NCBI GenBank assembly: GCA_965242695.1
Contig: CBDESU010000002.1
Coordinates: forward strand, 320,001-384,000
Length of the DNA stretch: 64,000 nucleotides
Reading direction: 5' to 3'
Origin: Cenarchaeum sp.
Lineage (GTDB): Archaea; Thermoproteota; Nitrososphaeria; Nitrososphaerales; Nitrosopumilaceae
This document shows, piece by piece, positions 61,801 through 64,000 of this stretch (its first letter is position 1; every line of letters starts with the position of its first letter). Both the position numbers and the translations under genes were made by a program. The notes under the pieces are model-generated. The model did not search any database and had not been told where the DNA came from. It was given only the letters and a program-made list of their open reading frames with translations.

Positions 61801-62538
61801 AAAGTCGCGTGCGGATTCGCACCAGCGGAGGTACTCGTGGTAGGGAAGTACTACGGTGCATCCGGGATCAAGGTTGACTTTAAACTGCCAGGCGGACTCA
61901 GGAAAGTTCTCCATCCCCGGCTGGGCGCGCATGTGGCTGACGAGCTCTGGGCTCATCTTGTAGTCTTTTGGCATTGATGCCCGGGTTATCAGTCCGGCGC
62001 CGACTAGAAGGGAGCGCCGGTCATCCCCGGTGACCGGGTTGTTAGGCGTGCAGTAGATGAACGCTACTGAGGAGCCGCCCTGCAGGCTACCGACAAAGGA
62101 CGTTATTCGCTTCTGCACTTCGTCAGGCTCTACGTACCGCGATCCTAGCTTAGAATGCGGCCATACCATGGCGAACGGCCATGTAAAGGCCGAAAACGGA
62201 TCCAGATCGTACTCGAGGGGCGGCACGCTGTTGAACAGCCCTTCCTCGCTGTGCACGTCAGTAAACGGATGCGTGTCGGTAATCTTGGAAGAGTCCATGC
62301 CGGCCGCGTTGATCGACCAGTAGCATGGCGGCAGATACCCCGCCCGGACAATCTCCGAGACGGGCCTTCCCCTGAACTTTGTCTCAAGATCGAGGTCGAT
62401 GCGGCGTCGGATCCGGTCTGCAAGAAGCGATCCCGGCGCGGTGCAGTACTTTGTGTTGGCACGCGGATCGGCGCAAACCATGCCGCTCCAGCCTAGGTCG
62501 TGCCACGCAAGGCGCACGGCCAGGTGCCTAGTCTCCAC
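58825..62538 (-). CDS. RecD-like SF1B helicase with N-terminal domain and C-terminal PD-(D/E)xK-like nuclease
   Basis: RLAWHD N-terminus; GKAGSGKT, PTGKAA, IIDEASM, GDERQLPPIG, TITVHRAQGSGF, LLYTALTRA; RSKAE...YEP...PDF...LEHLG. Confidence 0.85.
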   Translation of the reverse strand: METRHLAVRLAWHDLGWSGMVCADPRANTKYCTAPGSLLADRIRRRIDLDLETKFRGRPVSEIVRAGYLPPCYWSINAAGMDSSKITDTHPFTDVHSEEGLFNSVPPLEYDLDPFSAFTWPFAMVWPHSKLGSRYVEPDEVQKRITSFVGSLQGGSSVAFIYCTPNNPVTGDDRRSLLVGAGLITRASMPKDYKMSPELVSHMRAQPGMENFPESAWQFKVNLDPGCTVVLPYHEYLRWCESARDFEEQTKRQDSLKDVSIPVADPNLVPHFKYTSMHIPADKALYILYTMKRSVMQMKNDGVVETARLDDMEKKLNRMLESAWRERGRYPGLGNVATAILKDTLGEDALGAVIPHIVEAGRSHNDMDAIIGALAPDPQQGANSRQGVFKQAHRVLQRRRGDLEFCARLDLSAPQAIYIVERIDDEGSDDLMGNPYLLAERRACNKNHWDANELDCGLSLYQIDMAMLPDPDYASWDYGFDAKSPERLGAAVADILVCNADETGSTYMDRGGVAKGLEDYPLYYIRKKLSVGRNRLKTLEQDPTFTSAFAVSDDPGSKESAHYQLGGMRRMEESIEKFVGGMLAKNHDLDSPWQNDDLSAHALKSLSAEEVQRRKDAYSAALSGGLFVLSGKAGSGKTDAIAAIIKRLRRDGVGPIYVVTPTGKAALVIAARLKKDGQLGEGGSVEVTTIDRLLYVSVGKHSPTPGLYKNYKESLKAFLDLGPSHFDEFREYASKVQITPRALIIDEASMVDQKHMAALLSVVSRQKLKHLMIAGDERQLPPIGYGSPFTDIIHHLKKTDRDERHLRLEGNLRFSTDTALGGLAALFEDDKEPSLPEIKHAIARAEDGESASPDASLAIAYFDDADGLERAMSGGLSTIAGRGGQAGTAPVRDLIREIIAGTGAAGEDLDKIQILSPRRVGPFGTAATNQRIDERWPALGPGAKIICEKNMYMYAVRQSRRTRVLGLANGSMGYVRSNGTPHFANLEDLRKDYDSIDDRVLKREIDGGDRAQDERAERNLDLGYTITVHRAQGSGFDHVFLVLSDMGRFMSRELLYTALTRARQDLRLLVKSDLRERLPLLFSRAFANSATVSRRTLMFGPKGSPFRSYRLATSSGGSIEVRSKAEYIIAKLLDESGIDFEYEPDDLYKESRMRPDFRIDGRYYLEHLGLAHSSVYMARWGQKRLEYRQLGLEADLVTTTEGTSPDFEANVRSLIEDIRGGAVKGEEGDYSLHHYVL

Positions 62539-62641
62539 GGCCCGCGTCGTGAATAGGGCAATATAACGTTTCAAATGTCATCTAGCCCGTGGGCGGCAGG
62601 TACCCTAGTCGGACTCCAATCTAGGTGTGAACAAGCACGGG

Positions 62642-62751
62642 GAGGCAACGCCGTGGAGGCGCCGAGGGTCATGGTGCTTGTGGTCTTGCCGGTGATCGCC
62701 AGCGCGCTCTCGTAGAGGCAACGCCGTGGAGGCGCCGAGGGTCATGGTGCT
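62642..62751. repeat. 37-bp repeat - 36-bp spacer - 37-bp repeat (CRISPR-like dimensions)
   Basis: GAGGCAACGCCGTGGAGGCGCCGAGGGTCATGGTGCT at 62642-62678 and 62715-62751. Confidence 0.85.
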
Positions 62752-62999
62752 ATAGGCAGAGCCGCGGCAATGAAGCCAACGTGACAGGTAAATCGTGTCG
62801 CGGCAACTTGGCAGAGGGTGTGCAGGAGCATGCGCGGTGAGTCGACATGGGCGACGACATGGGACGGAGGAGTCCAGAAGGGGTCGGTGCCCTGTGCATG
62901 TGGTCGACAGAGTGTCGCCTGACCATGCGGCAAGGCAGTACGGCGATGCGGTGCACGTACTCCAGATGTTCCGCGCGGGCACATCCAGCCGCGGCTCGT

Positions 63000-63998
63000 C
63001 TAGCCACTATGCAAACCCGCCTGCCGGACTAGCCCCAGCAACTTCTCAAAGCTCCGCGCTTGGACGATTACGACCTGCCACTTCGTCAGGGAACGTACGT
63101 GTTGTCGCCTGTCAAGATGGGTCAGCTGGTGCGGGAAGGCCGTGGTGATCGGTGCGGGGCACTCGTAGATCAAAAACTCTTCCTTTCTTAGATTTCCCTT
63201 TGAAACCAGCCCGGTCGACATTTCAAAGTCGTCTGGGTCGTACCTGCACGAGTGGAGATTTGCCGTGGTCACGACGATCGGAATGTAGCACTGTGAAGTG
63301 TTGTAGCCAATACCAGTGGAAACCTGGTGAATTAGCTTATTCGTTATCAGTCCAAACGTGCCTTCGACAACCTGTGTTGCCGCCTCGTTTAAGGATCTAT
63401 TTTTAAAGTCGTATTTGGATGATTTGTTTAACATCAGCGGCACGGCGCCGTCGTAAATGTTTGTCGATATTGACGGGATACTTATCCTGGCTTTCTCCAC
63501 GCGTAGTGGGCGAGAATCCAAGTCGGATCCCGGAATCCCAAAGAGCAGCAGTCCATCCAAGTCATGGGTCGATATCAGCGTAGCGATCATACTGGTCTTA
63601 CTTGTGTTGTAGTTCATGAATACCCAGTCGGCATATCCGGGATCGGCCTTTTTGACTTCGATGGGAAGGATCAGCTCGAGTGGAGGCACTATTGGAGTGG
63701 CAGCCACTATATCAACTACCCGTTCCTTGGCGAGTCCGGTTTGTTGGCTTTCGGCTAGCGCGCGCTGGAACTCGGCGGTGACGGTGACGGGGTGCACAGA
63801 GTGTTCCTCATTTTTTAGGGCCCGTGGGCGCTTCAAGGGGTCCTGCACAAACGGCGCGACCTGGACGGGATGCTCGGCGGTTGCGCGGTATCCGGAACTT
63901 CTCAATATCCGGTAGACTTCGGCATGCAGGAACGTGCCGCTCTTGTTGAGTGCGCTCATCTTGTCGTCTAGGCCGGGGTCGCACTCGGGGCAAGGCAA
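63000..63998 (-). CDS. PD-(D/E)xK-superfamily nuclease-like protein
   Basis: SGTFL..EV...VDIVA...IEVKK...WVF...IPIVVTTANL; lower GC; start near window edge. Confidence 0.65.
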   Translation of the reverse strand: MPCPECDPGLDDKMSALNKSGTFLHAEVYRILRSSGYRATAEHPVQVAPFVQDPLKRPRALKNEEHSVHPVTVTAEFQRALAESQQTGLAKERVVDIVAATPIVPPLELILPIEVKKADPGYADWVFMNYNTSKTSMIATLISTHDLDGLLLFGIPGSDLDSRPLRVEKARISIPSISTNIYDGAVPLMLNKSSKYDFKNRSLNEAATQVVEGTFGLITNKLIHQVSTGIGYNTSQCYIPIVVTTANLHSCRYDPDDFEMSTGLVSKGNLRKEEFLIYECPAPITTAFPHQLTHLDRRQHVRSLTKWQVVIVQARSFEKLLGLVRQAGLHSG

Positions 63999-64000
63999 GA

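Noticed and set aside
1-64000. tRNA, rRNA, integrase or cas genes
   Set aside because: None recognised by eye; tRNAscan-SE and Infernal were not run

Overview
GC-rich window that looks archaeal: TATA boxes sit about 22-30 nt ahead of leaderless starts, and HYR/FN3 surface proteins and an ISH3-like remnant are present. The gene content resembles sponge-symbiont Nitrosopumilaceae, but that is inference. No rRNA, tRNA or cas genes were seen. The window is an accessory, defence-rich region in four blocks. (1) About 0.8-27 kb is a defence island. It holds a GIY-YIG + PD-(D/E)xK pair, an HsdR_N-like nuclease, two Pycsar-effector-like membrane proteins and a TIR-Schlafen pseudogene. It also holds a giant wHTH-TPR-Schlafen(AlbA_2)-histone-H1-like-repeat-TIR protein, a Hachiman-like HamA/HamB pair, a four-gene SocA-like/TM/nuclease/Zn-TIM-barrel operon and an OLD-family ATPase-TOPRIM, with IS66 and ISH3 remnants. 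(2) About 27.7-41 kb holds a 2000-aa secreted HYR-repeat protein with a dead zincin motif, then HNH, HEPN and type IIG R-M genes and a (GAGCG)67 microsatellite. (3) About 41.6-53 kb is a surface-glycan cluster. (4) About 54-64 kb is a second defence cluster: RloC-like ATPase, SIR2, RecD-like helicase-nuclease and PD-(D/E)xK. Best candidates for new biology are the giant TPR-Schlafen-TIR protein, the four-gene operon at 22.3-24.9 kb and a possible repeat-controlled uORF switch upstream of the R-M gene. All calls come from reading motifs by eye; no database searches were run.
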